From NCBI GenBank assembly GCA_951406725.2, contig OX597814.1, positions 185,194,001 to 185,258,000 on the forward strand: a stretch of DNA of 64,000 nt. Direction: 5' to 3'. Both the position numbers and the translations under genes were made by a program. Below the pieces are notes generated by a model. The model was given only the letters and a program-made list of their open reading frames with translations. It did no database searches and was not told where the DNA came from. This stretch comes from Octopus vulgaris. Lineage: Eukaryota. Shown here piece after piece: positions 26,350 through 39,680 of the stretch. The number at the start of each line of letters is the position of its first letter. The stretch's first letter is position 1.

Positions 26350-27079
26350 TTGCATATATATATGTAATATATATATATATATATTTGTATATTTATACAT
26401 ACATATATATATTTGTATATTTATATATCTATATATATAATTATATATACATATATGAAATGTTTAAATTTCTATTTTATATAATTTTCAAAGCGAAGTG
26501 CATCAATAATTATTTTATTTTTTATTTTATCTCTAGTGCACCAGGAAATCTAAAACATCGCTAGTGTGTTAAATGACGTGCTGCTATATTTGAAAGAATA
26601 AAAACGACCCAATAACCGCAGTTTCAACATCTCTCATCAAAGACGTGCTTGCTCAGTCTGATTTAAGCACCAATAACGAGGACAAAAGATAAAATAGAAA
26701 GATTTGCTGTCATTGATATTGAACCCATAATTTCTAGTACCATAGGGTTTCAATGACATTTTATCCATTAAGAAAACTTATTGCAAAAAAAAAGAAAAAA
26801 AGAAAATTTTTATTTTCGCGTTTTTCTTTCATTTTCTGAGAGAATTCAATTGAAATATATTCAAGAAACTGTTCTTTATTTCAATTCTGCAAACCAATAT
26901 ATGTACACATATGTGTATGCGCGCGCGCGCGTGTGTGTGCATATGTGTGTGTGCGTGTTCTGTGTCTGTGTGCCTGTGTGTGTATGCATATACAAATATG
27001 TATATATGTGCGCTTACACACACACACACATGTATATGTACATAGAGGTATGCATACATATATGCATACATATATGCAT

Positions 27080-27112
<33 letters not shown>

Positions 27113-27834
27113 CATATATATAATAGGTGTTTCCTCTTATGCATAAACATCGGTTCTAGATGCACTGTTGTATTCAAACTGTGTTTGAAGATATGTAAAT
27201 ATGTATGTATAGACAGATAGATAGATAGATACATACATACATAGATACATACATACATGTACATGTAGATATTAAGATATATATGTGTACATGCACACAT
27301 GTGCATATGTATAAATATGTGTGTGCACAATTCATTATCAAAATATACATACATAAATACAGATGCGAGTGAGTGTGTGTGTATATATGTGTCTGTGTGT
27401 TTCTGTGTATTTATGTATGTAAACTTCGACAATGTATGCTTGTGTGTATGTGTCTCTATGTACATATGCGTCTGTTTCGAGACAAGCATACATAAATCTA
27501 TTATGTATTGTAAATTCCATTATAACTGTAATTTCAACCGAGCTTACATCCTAAGAAATCCTGCTGTTACTAACAGTTATTCACAAACTTTAATTTACAA
27601 AGTATACTTAGATTTTTTTTTTGAAATCTCTCTCTCTATATTTTTTTTAAATATTATAATAAATACTTTCCTTCTTTTTATTTTCTCCTCTTTTTTTTAT
27701 TTTTCGGAAATTTACATGTCTATTTTCTATGCATCTATTTTTAAATTTCATTTTTACATACAAGCTAGTAAGAAAAAAATAGCGAAACGAAAATAACAGC
27801 AACAACAATAATCATAATGGTAGTAATGATGATG

Positions 27835-27902
<68 letters not shown>

Positions 27903-27923
27903 TATTATTATTATTATTATTAT

Positions 27924-27961
<38 letters not shown>

Positions 27962-27975
27962 TGATGATGATGATG

Positions 27976-28038
<63 letters not shown>

Positions 28039-28558
28039 TGTGATGATGATGATGATGATGATTTTCAGCTAAGTAAAAATGGAGTATTTTTTTTTAAAAA
28101 ATATATATTTGACTTACTTGTGTGTAACACAACAAACGAATCATGAGTTTTTTTGTTTTTTTTGGTGTACATTTTGATTTTTTTTTTTGTTATTTTATTG
28201 TATATATTTTGCAATATATAAGCATGTATGGTGACCTACTTTTACCATAATACTAATATTAACTAAACTAGAAAACCTGACACGTTATTTTGTAAGTCAC
28301 GAGTAAAAAATGTGAAATGGCTTGGAATTCAGTCATGTCTTTGGGAAGTTAACTCTCATGAAATTTCCGTATCCCATGAAAATTCCAGAGAAAATTCTTT
28401 GGTTTTATAACCCAATTCATACATTTCACTCGTATTCATAATGTGTGTTTCTCAATAGTGCAGTAATGTCAATAACGAGTGTATGTATACATACATACAT
28501 ACATACATACATACATACATACATACATACATACATACATACATTCATATATATGCAT

Positions 28559-28605
<47 letters not shown>

Positions 28606-28684
28606 CATATATATATTTTTTTTTTTTTTTTTTGTACTTGTTTCAGTCATTTGACTGCGGCCATGCTGGAGCACCGCCTTTAGA

Positions 28685-28855
28685 GTGGTGAAAGAGTACA
28701 GCAGGGATCACCACCATCCCCTGCCGGAGCCTCGTGGAGCTTTTTAGGTGTTTTCGCTCAATAAACACACACAACGCCCGGTCTGGGAATCGAAACCGCG
28801 ATCCTCCGACCGCAAGTCCGCTGCCCTAACCACTGGGCCATTGCGCCTCCACAAT
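28685..28855 (-). mobile_element. tRNA-derived SINE, family D
   Basis: Minus: GGAGGCGCAATGGCCCAGTGGTTAGGGCAGCGGACT...GTTTCGATTCCC. Confidence 0.8.
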
Positions 28856-29095
28856 ATATATATATATATATACATACATATATATATATACATATAAATA
28901 TATATATATATAGAGAGAGGGGGAAGTGAGAGAGAGAGGGAAAGTGAGAGAGATAGATAAAGAGAGGAGGTAGATAGATAAATAAGTATATACATATGTA
29001 TATAAATATACATGCATATATCTGTATATACACATGTATACATTCATATATATGGATTAGATAGATTAAACATAGATATATATATACATACATTC

Positions 29096-29160
<65 letters not shown>

Positions 29161-29379
29161 TGTATGTATGTATGTATATGTATATATGGGTGTTAACCCA
29201 TTAGTTTATCCTAATAATCTCATCCACCGGATCCAGGGTATCAGATAGACAGTAAACCAGAGATTGTCTTTTTTTTATCAAATACGTGCCTTAATTCCAC
29301 AAATACGTGCCTTAGTTCCACAAACACGTGCAGAGATTTTAGAAATATTCATAAGGCGAATGAAGTGACCAAGTTCTCT

Positions 29380-29498
29380 TACATTAATTCACAATTGTTT
29401 CATCTTAATTCGATCTCATGAATATTGCTATATTATGCAAAAATATATATTGCATCTATTGATTCACGAGATGTCGTTCGAGTCTTCAGAGTTATGTA
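29380..29498 (-). ncRNA. Degenerate type I hammerhead-like motif with extended stem II
   Basis: Minus: UACAUAACU-CUGAAGA-...AUCUCGUGAAU...AUUCAUGAGAU...-GAAA-CAAUUG-UG-AAUUAAUGUA. Palindromic stem III; triplet GUG is non-canonical. Confidence 0.6.
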
Positions 29499-30107
29499 TA
29501 AAAGTTATATGCTGTAGATGCTTGAATTATCAATAATTTATGCCCATGTCATGTTGAGCGGGTTTACATGTGTGCATTTGCATATTACAAGCAAAAACAG
29601 AGGAAAGCAAACCCTGGTTTGAATTAACTGGTCTAGAAGAAATACGAATTACACAAAGAATAGACAAAGTACTGTAAGAAGCAGAAAAGAAATACGAATG
29701 TCTTTGTTTTTAGCCAATGTAATAAATTATAGACTTGTTAACAGTTTCTATCTCAAAAGGTATTTGATTGCAATGTCTTACAAAAGTTTTTTTGTAATGC
29801 TCTTGCGGTATGTTTGTCCGATTACTTATTTAGATAAGGAATCCCAAACATACGTTTGTAGTTTTATCACAGGGAAATCTTTTTGTTAGCTACATCGTTG
29901 TAGTCAGATATTGGCGTTACTGGGGTCAAATGTCATTTGTCATAGAATTCAGAAGTAACACATATATACTTACACGTACACACGCTAACAGATAAAAAAA
30001 AGATGCAGTTGCTGTTAATACCTTATAAGGCATGTCTTACCAAAACAATGTTAGATAAAAAAGATTTCTCTATACACAGACATAAAAGGATAACACTAGT
30101 GCTTTAT

Positions 30108-30900
30108 GTGTAGGCGTGGCTATGTGGCCAGATGTTTGCTTCCTAAGCGCATGGTTCATTGGGCAAGTGACTTCTACCACAGCCTCAGGCCGACTAAAAC
30201 ATCGTGATTGAATTTGGCTGTCGGAAACTGAAAGAAGCCCGTAGCACTTGTGTGTGTGTTCCTTTGAGTCTGTATTTGTCGCCAACAGCGGTTTGACAAC
30301 CGGCGCTGATGTTTTTACGTGCCCGTAACTTAGCGTTACCGCAAAAGAGACCGACAGAATTAGTACTATGCGGTGAGCTGGCAGAGTCGTAAGCACGCCG
30401 AGCGAAATGCTTAGCCGTATTTCGTCTGTCGTTACGTTCTGAGTTCAAATTCCGCCGAGGTCGACTTTGCCTTTCATTCTTTCGGGGTCGATTAAATAAG
30501 TACCAGTTACGCACTGGGGTCGATATAATCGACTTAATCCCTTTGTCTGTCCTTGTTTGTCCTCTCTGTGTTTAGCCCTTTGTGGGTAGTAAAGAAATAG
30601 TTATTTCGTCTACTGTTACGTTCTGAGTTCAAATTCCGCCGAGGTCGACTTTGCCTTTCATCCTTTCGGGGTCGATAAATTAAGTACCAGTTATGCACTG
30701 GGGTCAATGTAATCGACTTTATCCCTTTGTCTCTCCTTGTCTGTCCCCTCTATGTTTGGCCCCTTGTGAGCAATAAAAAAATAAGAATTAGTACTATGCT
30801 TTTAAACAATAATTCCTGGGCTCGATTAGTTTGACAAAAATTCTTCAAGGAGATGCCCCATCATGGCCGCGGTCTGAAAAAAATAAAAGGAGTGAAAATT
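30108..30900 (+). mobile_element. SINE family A interrupted by a family B dimer
   Basis: Family A sequence resumes after a 16-bp duplication AGAATTAGTACTATGC. Confidence 0.85.
30372..30783 (+). mobile_element. SINE family B dimer with 16-bp TSD
   Basis: TSD at 30356-30371 and 30784-30799. Confidence 0.9.
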
Positions 30901-31146
30901 AAAAAAAAATTCCCTTCTTACATTCACTCTAAGTGACCCAGTAAAATATTCAAACATAAAATATTCTGATATATATATAAATGTAGATATTCTGTAAACC
31001 CAGCAGACATTTTCACAAAGGCACCAAAATTCAAAAATTTGCATAATGTCAAGAAAATTCGTATCCCTGATTTGGTGGTGTAAAGGTCTGTTTAGAAATC
31101 TTCCCAAAATAGGTTTCCGTTGGTAGTCGATGAAGCAATTGCAAAT

Positions 31147-31520
31147 TATTGTTGTATTTCGGGATGGTCATTTTTGTTTGTCTATATATTTTTGCCAAAT
31201 AGACACACGCACTATATATTTTTTCTTCACTTGTTTATTACTGTTATTTTATTATTTTAACGCCTGCCCATTGCCCGGAAATCTTTCATCACACATCTGT
31301 GACCTCTTCGGTGACACTTTTCGTTATCGTGTGTGTTATTGCTACACTTACTTCATTTGGAGCAAGAGCATACACGTAAACGAAAAGTGTCGCTGAAGAG
31401 GTCACAGATGTGTTACGAAAGATTTCCAGACAATAGACATGCGTTAATATAAAACAAAAATAAAAACAGTATTAAACGAGTAAAAAACAAATATATAGTG
31501 CATGCGTTTATTTGACAAAA

Positions 31521-31559
<39 letters not shown>

Positions 31560-31586
31560 AAATGGCCATCCCGAAATACAACAATA
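31147..31586. repeat. Long imperfect inverted repeat (foldback)
   Basis: 31147-31343 pairs with 31361-31586, e.g. ACACATCTGTGACCTCTTCGGTGACACTTTTCG / CGAAAAGTGTCGCTGAAGAGGTCACAGATGTGT. Confidence 0.9.
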
Positions 31587-31928
31587 TATGTTTCAACACA
31601 CCATTTCGCATCAGGAATCTTGCAACACAAATTGATAAACGTAAAATTGTAAATTTCTGTAATAAAAAATTCGCTTAATCCATTCTCCTTATTTATATTT
31701 ATATATGCATATAAATAACTATATGCGTATATATATATATATATATATACATACATACATGCATATATATGTGTATATATATATATATATATATAAGAAA
31801 ATAGTAAAGAGTGAAAAAACGACAGAAGGCTTAAATGTTAAAAAATATATATATTTGCGTCAAAATGTCTGGAGAATATTGGAAAAATGTTTTTCCTTTC
31901 CTTAAAATGACATAATTTTATACTTTTT

Positions 31929-31968
31929 AAAGAAATACCGGTTTCGCAGTTAGCTCTTCAAATTTCTT
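31929..31968 (-). ncRNA. Minimal type I hammerhead ribozyme-like motif in the PLE pseudo-LTR (U3 variant)
   Basis: Minus strand: AAGAAA-U-UUGAAGA-GC-UAACU-GC-GAAA-CCGG-UA-UUUCUU. Stem I AAGAAA/UUUCUU, palindromic stem III ACCGGU, GUA triplet. Confidence 0.65.
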
Positions 31969-32095
31969 GTGACTTAATGTTTATTTTTAATAACGTAATC
32001 CTTGTATTTTTGCTACGGAGAGTTCTAAATAAGGGAAAGTAGTGAGTGATTTCTTCCGGTGTAAGGGAGATAATCGCTTAAAAATTTTTTTTCCT

Positions 32096-33622
32096 TTAGT
32101 GTGAATTTCTCTGTATTATTGAGTTCGGATAGTTGAGTCTGGGTTTGTACTTTTCAATGAAGAATGTTTCCTTATTTAGTCTAATTTGTGATGATGATCC
32201 GAAAGCACATTGGTAAAATGGAAAGATTAAAAATTGTGGTTGTAGTTGCTTTGCGCATTTCTCAATGTGCTCACTAAAAGGTATCATTCTATATTCTGGG
32301 AATGCAATCTGTTGTCGATGCAGTGTGCATCTACGTCTGAGTGATAGTCCCGTGGACCCCACGTAGTCTTGGTGGCAGCCCGAGCATTTAATGACATAAA
32401 TTATGTTTTCAGAGGCACAAGTAAAGTTAGATTTGATCTTGAATCTCTGTCCCTCTTTAAAGAAGAATTCTGATCCTTCCAATAGGTTAGGACATGTTGC
32501 ACAGTTCGATCTACCACATTTTTTTACTTTTGCATCCGTAATTTTAGAAGACAATTTTGCCTTTGTGAGAATCTTTTTAAGTGATTTAGGCTGTTTGTAG
32601 CTTTTAATGATTTGGTGTATGTTTAGAATTTCCTTTAATTTGGGTTTTTTATGGAGTATTGGTAAATTCTGGGTGATGATGGTGAAAGCTTCTTTGTTTC
32701 TGGGGTTGTATGTAGATATGTAAGGTAGTATTTTCGGGGAAGGTGTGTTGTTGTGTTGAACTTTTCTTAAAGTTTCTATGTTGATTTCTGTTGCACGTCT
32801 GATCCCATCCTCTATGAGTTGAGTTGGGTAATGTCTGTCAATTAAGGTGTTTTTTAGTTCTTGCAGTCTGAAGTTCCTGGTATTTTGTTCTGACACTATT
32901 GTGCATATCCTTCTTGCAAGGTTGAAGGGGATGTTTGTTTTAGTGTGTCTTGGGTGGCATGAACTAAAAAGAAGGTATTGTTTGGCGTCTGTGGCTTTGT
33001 AGAAAATGTCTGTTTCTATTTTAAGGTTAATTTTTTTAATTAGTATATCCAAGAACGGGAGTTCCTTTTGGTTGTATTCCATTGTGAACTGTATATTTGG
33101 GTTTATGCTGTTCAATAGGTTTTTAAATTTTAAGAGTTTATCTGTGTTTTCATTCCAGAGAATAAAACAATCGTCCAAGAATCGTTTCCAGTTCTCTTTT
33201 ATGTATTGAGAGAGGGGGTTTCCAAAGATTGATAAGGATTCCTGGTAAATGGTTATTTCCATGTATCCCATTGTTAAGTTCGCAATGACTGGTGCTGCCC
33301 TTGTACCCATAGCAATTCCGGATTTTTGACGGTAAAATGTATTGTCAAACATGAAGTGGTTATTGTGTAGGATGAATTCAATTGATTTAGTAATGAATTC
33401 TTTACTGATCCTTTTTGGTATTTCTTCCGGAAATTGGTCTAACCAGAACTGAATTGCTTCCAGTCCATAATTATGAGGTATACTGGTATACAAGTTGACT
33501 ACATCAAATGAAACCAGGATTGTTTCTTCCTTGGCTTTTTTGGGGAGGTGGTTTAACATATCTAAGTAATCTCTGATATGGCTATCGATATGTTTAAGGA
33601 AGGGTTTCAGGAGGATGTCCAT
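32096..33622 (-). CDS. Penelope-like element (Neptune-type) ORF: reverse transcriptase + GIY-YIG endonuclease, 5'-truncated
   Basis: 508-aa stop-free ORF. RT motifs SFDVVNLYTSIP, GIAMG, RFLDD, LPFLDI, SSCHP. Cys linker KCGRSNCATC. GIY-YIG motif NIIYVIKC...YVGSTG...R...H...E.FFI..YKPRLN. It starts within the RT domain, so the ATG is probably at the truncation junction. Confidence 0.95.
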   Translation of the reverse strand: MDILLKPFLKHIDSHIRDYLDMLNHLPKKAKEETILVSFDVVNLYTSIPHNYGLEAIQFWLDQFPEEIPKRISKEFITKSIEFILHNNHFMFDNTFYRQKSGIAMGTRAAPVIANLTMGYMEITIYQESLSIFGNPLSQYIKENWKRFLDDCFILWNENTDKLLKFKNLLNSINPNIQFTMEYNQKELPFLDILIKKINLKIETDIFYKATDAKQYLLFSSCHPRHTKTNIPFNLARRICTIVSEQNTRNFRLQELKNTLIDRHYPTQLIEDGIRRATEINIETLRKVQHNNTPSPKILPYISTYNPRNKEAFTIITQNLPILHKKPKLKEILNIHQIIKSYKQPKSLKKILTKAKLSSKITDAKVKKCGRSNCATCPNLLEGSEFFFKEGQRFKIKSNFTCASENIIYVIKCSGCHQDYVGSTGLSLRRRCTLHRQQIAFPEYRMIPFSEHIEKCAKQLQPQFLIFPFYQCAFGSSSQIRLNKETFFIEKYKPRLNYPNSIIQRNSH

Positions 33623-33786
33623 AAGGAAAGGAAAAATTTTGAGGTTTATTCTTCCCGCTCTTGTTTTTTTAATTCACTTTGACGCAAATATATATATTTC
33701 TTAACATTTAAGCCTTCTGTCGTTTTTTCACTCTTTACTATTTTCTTATATATTCACCCACGTGCTTTACCAAACAAACTTTCTTA

Positions 33787-33890
<104 letters not shown>

Positions 33891-34122
33891 AATATAGCCT
33901 CGTCGATTTGGTAAACAGAAACTGGAAGCTCGTCATGTATATATATATATATATATATACGAGGGGAGTCAAAAATCATCCGTACTTTCGCCATAACAAG
34001 GACCTGGATCGATTCGTTCGACTAAAATTCTTCAAAGTGGTGGCCAAGCATGGCCGCGGGCTAATGATTGAAACGAGTAAAAAATAAAAGATAAAAGACG
34101 TGTGTGTGTATGTATGTGTGTA

Positions 34123-34163
<41 letters not shown>

Positions 34164-34761
34164 ATATGTGTGTGTGTATTTCCCTATACATACACACAAG
34201 TAGGTAAACGCACACGGATGCGTGCAATACAGTCTTAGATTATCTAAGCAAAGTAACTTAATCGCTGAAAGTACATAACGAATCAACAGGCAGTTGGTGC
34301 TATGACATCATATCAAAGTGAATTAAAAAAACAAGAGCGGGAAGAATAAACCTCAAAAATGGCACATTAAAAATATGATATATTTATTATACATATATAA
34401 GTGTGTGTTCAGTATTATCCTTAAAAACCGGATTTATAAAAGCATATGATTGGTTAGTCATAAATTGTTATATAACCAATAGCTATAACCGTTATAATTT
34501 TCATTAACATAACACGCTTTTAGAAAAACAGGTGAAAGAGAGGAATAAACAAAGTTGACGCTGTTGGTTAGTAGGTATATTTCCCTGCTCATATGCATTA
34601 GAAGTGCCAAGAAAATTGTATTAATATAAACGTAAAAGCTCAGGATTGTCTAATAAATATCATAGCACTTCTTCCTATTCTTCTTCTTTTCCTTTCTCCT
34701 CTCTCTATCTCTCTCTGTCTTACTTTGTTTTATGCTTTTCCTTTTTTCTGTTTTCTTTTTC

Positions 34762-34875
34762 TTCTTTTATTTCTATATATATTTCTTCCTATTCTCCTTC
34801 TTTTATTTCTATATATATTTCTTCCTATTCTCCTTCTTTTATTTCTATATATATTTCTTCCTATTCTCCTTCTTC
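34762..34875. repeat. 36-bp tandem repeat, about 3 copies
   Basis: TTCTTTTATTTCTATATATATTTCTTCCTATTCTCC units. Confidence 0.8.
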
Positions 34876-35652
34876 TTTTCCTTCCCCCTCTCTCTATCTC
34901 TCTTCTTTGTTTTATGCTTTTCCTTTTTCTCCCTTTGCTATTCTCATCCCTTTTCTGTTTTCTTTTTCTTCTTCTTTTACTTCTATATATACTTTGGTTC
35001 TTTTGTTTCTCCTCGCCCTTCTCTTCTCTTAGTATCTCATTTGGAAGCATTTCAAGTTGTTGTTGTGGTTTAAATTTATGTTTCGCGGAGTAGTGTTACC
35101 TACTTTCATTTTCTTTATAGTCTTTCTTGCTAAATACATTATGTCAGCAAAAATATTATTCTGCCAGACGAAATGCTTTGAAGTATTTAGGCTGATGGAT
35201 TTGCACAAAGGTTTAGAGTGTCAGCTTTACGATATTTCTTCCAGAACTTCTCGTTCTGAGTTCAAATCCTAACGTGATCAACATTGTCTTTCAACCATCA
35301 GAGGGTCGATAAAATAAAGTACCACTCAAATACTGGGATCTTTACCTTTTGACAGACAGATTTAAAAAATAATTTTTTGTAACTAAACACTTTCAAACTT
35401 CGGACACTGGTAGAAAGTGTCATATAAAACATCTTTTACTTTTAGCATTTTTGAGAAAAACTTATATTTACGAAGTTATTTCACGTTAAAGTTGTCATAT
35501 TTCGGTAATTTAAACCAATCAGTGACGTGTATTTAGCTGAATAAAATTACTGCCGTTGTTTGCCAACAAGAACTATTGGTGGTGTATTTTTCGTTTGTCA
35601 CTGTTATCTATGACATCGTTCGTGCGTTTATACTGATTTTAGCTTTAAGGTT

Positions 35653-35690
35653 TTAGGGTTAGGGTTTAGGGTTAGGTTTAGGGTTAGGGT
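35653..35690 (+). repeat. Interstitial telomere-like (TTAGGG)n
   Basis: About 6 imperfect TTAGGG units. Confidence 0.8.
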
Positions 35691-35747
35691 ACCACCTCCT
35701 TGCGCTGTTGTTTTTGTGTTTGTTCTTCGTTTTGGGAGGGAAATATA

Positions 35748-35797
<50 letters not shown>

Positions 35798-35859
35798 CAC
35801 ACACATACGCACATATTTATAATAAAATATTTAAAAGGCTTTATTTAGAGACGTCATGC

Positions 35860-35902
<43 letters not shown>

Positions 35903-35908
<6 letters not shown>

Positions 35909-36136
35909 TTGGCCAAAAGTCACCCGATAGTAAATCAGAATTCCATAAATACTCTCTGTTATTCTGTATTGATTCGAATGTGAAAATGTGTCGCTCAAGG
36001 AGTTCGGTTTGAAGAATTTTCATGATACTTCATATTCAGATGCTTTTTATTAAATTCATTCAGTTGTTAAACATAAATAAATCTTGGAATTAAATGGTTT
36101 TGATTCACTGTCAGGTGACTTTTGGACAACCCTGTA
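35903..36136. mobile_element. Tc1/mariner-type MITE
   Basis: About 35-bp imperfect TIRs: TATAGGTTGGCCAAAAGTCACCCGATAGTAAATCA / TGATTCACTGTCAGGTGACTTTTGGACAACCCTGTA; TA ends. Confidence 0.85.
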
Positions 36137-36139
36137 TAC

Positions 36140-37125
36140 ACAGACATGAAAAAAGTAAATAGACACCCTTATAATCATTAAAATTTATATAAATCTGAAA
36201 TTATACATTCAAATTATTTGTTAGTTGTTATGATGTGGATATTTAATATTTAGTAGACATGCTCTTTGCATTTTTCGATGCAAGGGCCCTTTTAGGCATG
36301 TTACTGATCAGATGGTGAACATTCTCTTGTGGAATTTCTTGCTAAGTTTCCTGCAATAATCTCAAAAGATCTGGCTTTGAAGATACTTTCTTGTTCTGTT
36401 TATGAAATGTCCTGTCCATTATGCCCCAGAGGTGTTCTATAGGGTTCATATCTGGTAACTGGCTTGGCTATGAAAGCTTTCTAATGCCATTCTTTTCCAA
36501 CAAATCTTGGATCATTTTAACCGTGCGACAAGGAATCCCATCTTCTTTAATCATTTCACCTTTGGAGAAGTTTGGAAGGAGTCCTTTCTGCAATATGGAT
36601 ACATATTTATTTGAGTATATTTTTCCCTTACACTCCACCACCTTTGATCAATCATTGCTCCCAATTGTTCTCCAGACCATCACAGAATAGCTGCAGTGTT
36701 TCAATACTGGTTGCAATCTTTTCACATCAAATTCTTGATCACAGGGTCTCCAGAGGATTATCCTCCACACTTCTCTTAGCAAAGAGAAGGGTCTTGACAA
36801 AAGGCCTTGGTCGATCTGGACAAGGTGATTTCGACTCCTTCCCGTCTCTGGTGAATTGCACAATCACTCTATTAACTGTAGAAAGCGAGATCCCAAGGTT
36901 TTCTGCGATTTTACGCAGACTTTATCCACCTTCAGAATGACCCCACAATACGGTCTCTTTGAAATTCAGACAGTTCCAAGGCTTCTTTTGTACATGGCAT
37001 GATTAAATAGTCACATATAGAATCTGAAACATAAAAATGTCAATTAATACGAAATACAAACCTTTACAAGTTTGAATAAACAGATAACGATGTTTTATGG
37101 GGTGTCTATTTACTTCTATGTGTGT
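36140..37125 (-). mobile_element. Tc1-like (DD34E) transposon, decayed
   Basis: Inverted termini AAGTAAATAGACACCC / GGGTGTCTATTTACTT. The minus strand near 36420-36455 encodes PDMNPIEHLWGIM. Confidence 0.85.
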
Positions 37126-37567
37126 GTGTATATATATATATATGTATATATATATGTGTGTGTGTGTGTGTATATATATATATCTTTAAAAGGTTTTTTT
37201 TAGATCAATCATGCATATATATGTATATATATGTACGTACATACTTACATACATACTAACATACTAACATATATGCATACATACATGCATACATACACAT
37301 ATGCGTATCCATGCTTCCATACAATGATATTTAGCTTCAATTGTAGTGAGTTAGTGATAAACTGAAAGTCATGGTTGCATGACTTCTCTCCTTCAAGTCC
37401 ACACGGCATTATGTATCAAACTCAGTCTCTCACGGTTCGCCCGGCTTTGCCTACTCCTTTTTGTACGTCAAAAACACCAAACGTTTCAAGTTAATACAAT
37501 ACTGTATTACAAAAGCCTGCGACATCAAATACTATGGTTGTGTGTTCCTATAATATATTTATACTAC

Positions 37568-37598
<31 letters not shown>

Positions 37599-37712
37599 TG
37601 TATGTATGTATGTATGTATGTACGTACGTATGTATGTATGTATGCATGTATGTATGTATGTATTTGATGTATATGTATGTATGTATGTATATATATATAT
37701 ATACATGCATAC

Positions 37713-37749
<37 letters not shown>

Positions 37750-37779
37750 CATACATACATATATACATATATATACATG

Positions 37780-37831
<52 letters not shown>

Positions 37832-37982
37832 ACTTATATGAACATATACATGTATATATATTTATTTATTTATACATATATACATATATATTAAAGTATA
37901 AATCTGTGTGTATATATATAAATGCTTTATATATATATATGTGTGTGTATGTGTGTGTGTGCGTGTGTGTGTGTGTACGTGC

Positions 37983-38022
<40 letters not shown>

Positions 38023-38347
38023 GCTAGTGTGTATATCCATACGTACGTACGTACACATAATGTAAATTTACACTTTGTTTTGTTTTAAAATGCCGTGATA
38101 TCCACCTCCGTTGCGCATATACGTTCTTTCCTGCACCAGCTCCACCCCTGCTCAGCTCTTCGGCTTTTGTTTTTTTTTTCATCAACTACAAAATAACATA
38201 TCATATATCTTATTCTTTGGAACCAATATCTGGTCTGTTGCCTTCGCATTCTATTGATATTTCTGTTGGGATGTTCTACTAATATTCTGTGCTTCTACAT
38301 ACATTTTCAATATCACTGTTATTTATTTATGTAGTCTTGTTGTTGTT

Positions 38348-38380
<33 letters not shown>

Positions 38381-38482
38381 GCACTTCGTTCTTTTTTTTA
38401 TTTTTTGGCCTGTTTCTGCCATAGTTTCTCCGTATATACCCGTATATCATTGTATAACATTTATTCGTTATTTCTTCTTCTT

Positions 38483-38614
<132 letters not shown>

Positions 38615-38622
38615 GTTGTTGT

Positions 38623-38654
<32 letters not shown>

Positions 38655-38906
38655 CTACTACTACTACTACTATTATCATCGTCATCATCATCACTATTAA
38701 TACCATAGCTAATATTATTATTGTTATTGCTGTTATTATCATTATTAGGATTATTATTATTATCATTATTATTATTATTGTTATCATTGCTACTATTACT
38801 ACTCCTGTTGCTGTTGTCGTTGTTGTTTTTGTTGTTGTTGTTGTTGTTGTTGTTATTGTTGTTGTTGTTGTTCTTCTTCTTCTTATTATTATTATCATTA
38901 TTATTA

Positions 38907-38955
<49 letters not shown>

Positions 38956-39218
38956 TTATTATTTTCGTTGTTTTTTTCCCCTGGAATAACAGAGGAAGAT
39001 AATAGAAAGAAATGACGGAAGATGATGATATCAGCGATGAATATTTTAGCCACTTCTAACAATATGAATTACATCTTTCACAGAAGCCTAACCGAGCCAA
39101 CATTTAATAACATATTTTCGTTGCTTTGAAGAACCTTCGTATTCTTTTATTTATAAGATACTTTGCTTCCAATATGCTATTCATAAATTGCGAACGAAGG
39201 AGAACACACACACAAATT

Positions 39219-39272
<54 letters not shown>

Positions 39273-39317
39273 CACACATACATATATATATATATATATG
39301 TTGTGTGTGCGTGTATG

Positions 39318-39369
<52 letters not shown>

Positions 39370-39521
39370 CATACACACACACACACACAGGCTACCTTTT
39401 GAAGCGTATTTTGGTATAGGATAGTCACCCGGCCATGAGGTTACCTTTTCTCATAATACTTTTGTCATCTATGATGTGAAATGAACGTCAGCGAACTGCA
39501 GTATGTTTGACAATAAGTATA

Positions 39522-39600
<79 letters not shown>

Positions 39601-39607
39601 ATGTATG

Positions 39608-39680
<73 letters not shown>

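Larger units (their letters stand above)
31789..33780 (-). mobile_element. Penelope-like retroelement with 3' pseudo-LTR and inverted partial pseudo-LTR at the 5' end
   Basis: 33678-33753 is the reverse complement of 31789-31864 with 1 mismatch. Both ends abut (TA)n tracts. An inverted pLTR fragment is typical of 5'-truncated PLEs. Confidence 0.88.

Noticed and set aside
28770-28852. Possible functional tRNA gene
   Set aside because: No proper acceptor stem; continues into a SINE body also found at 57920-58175.
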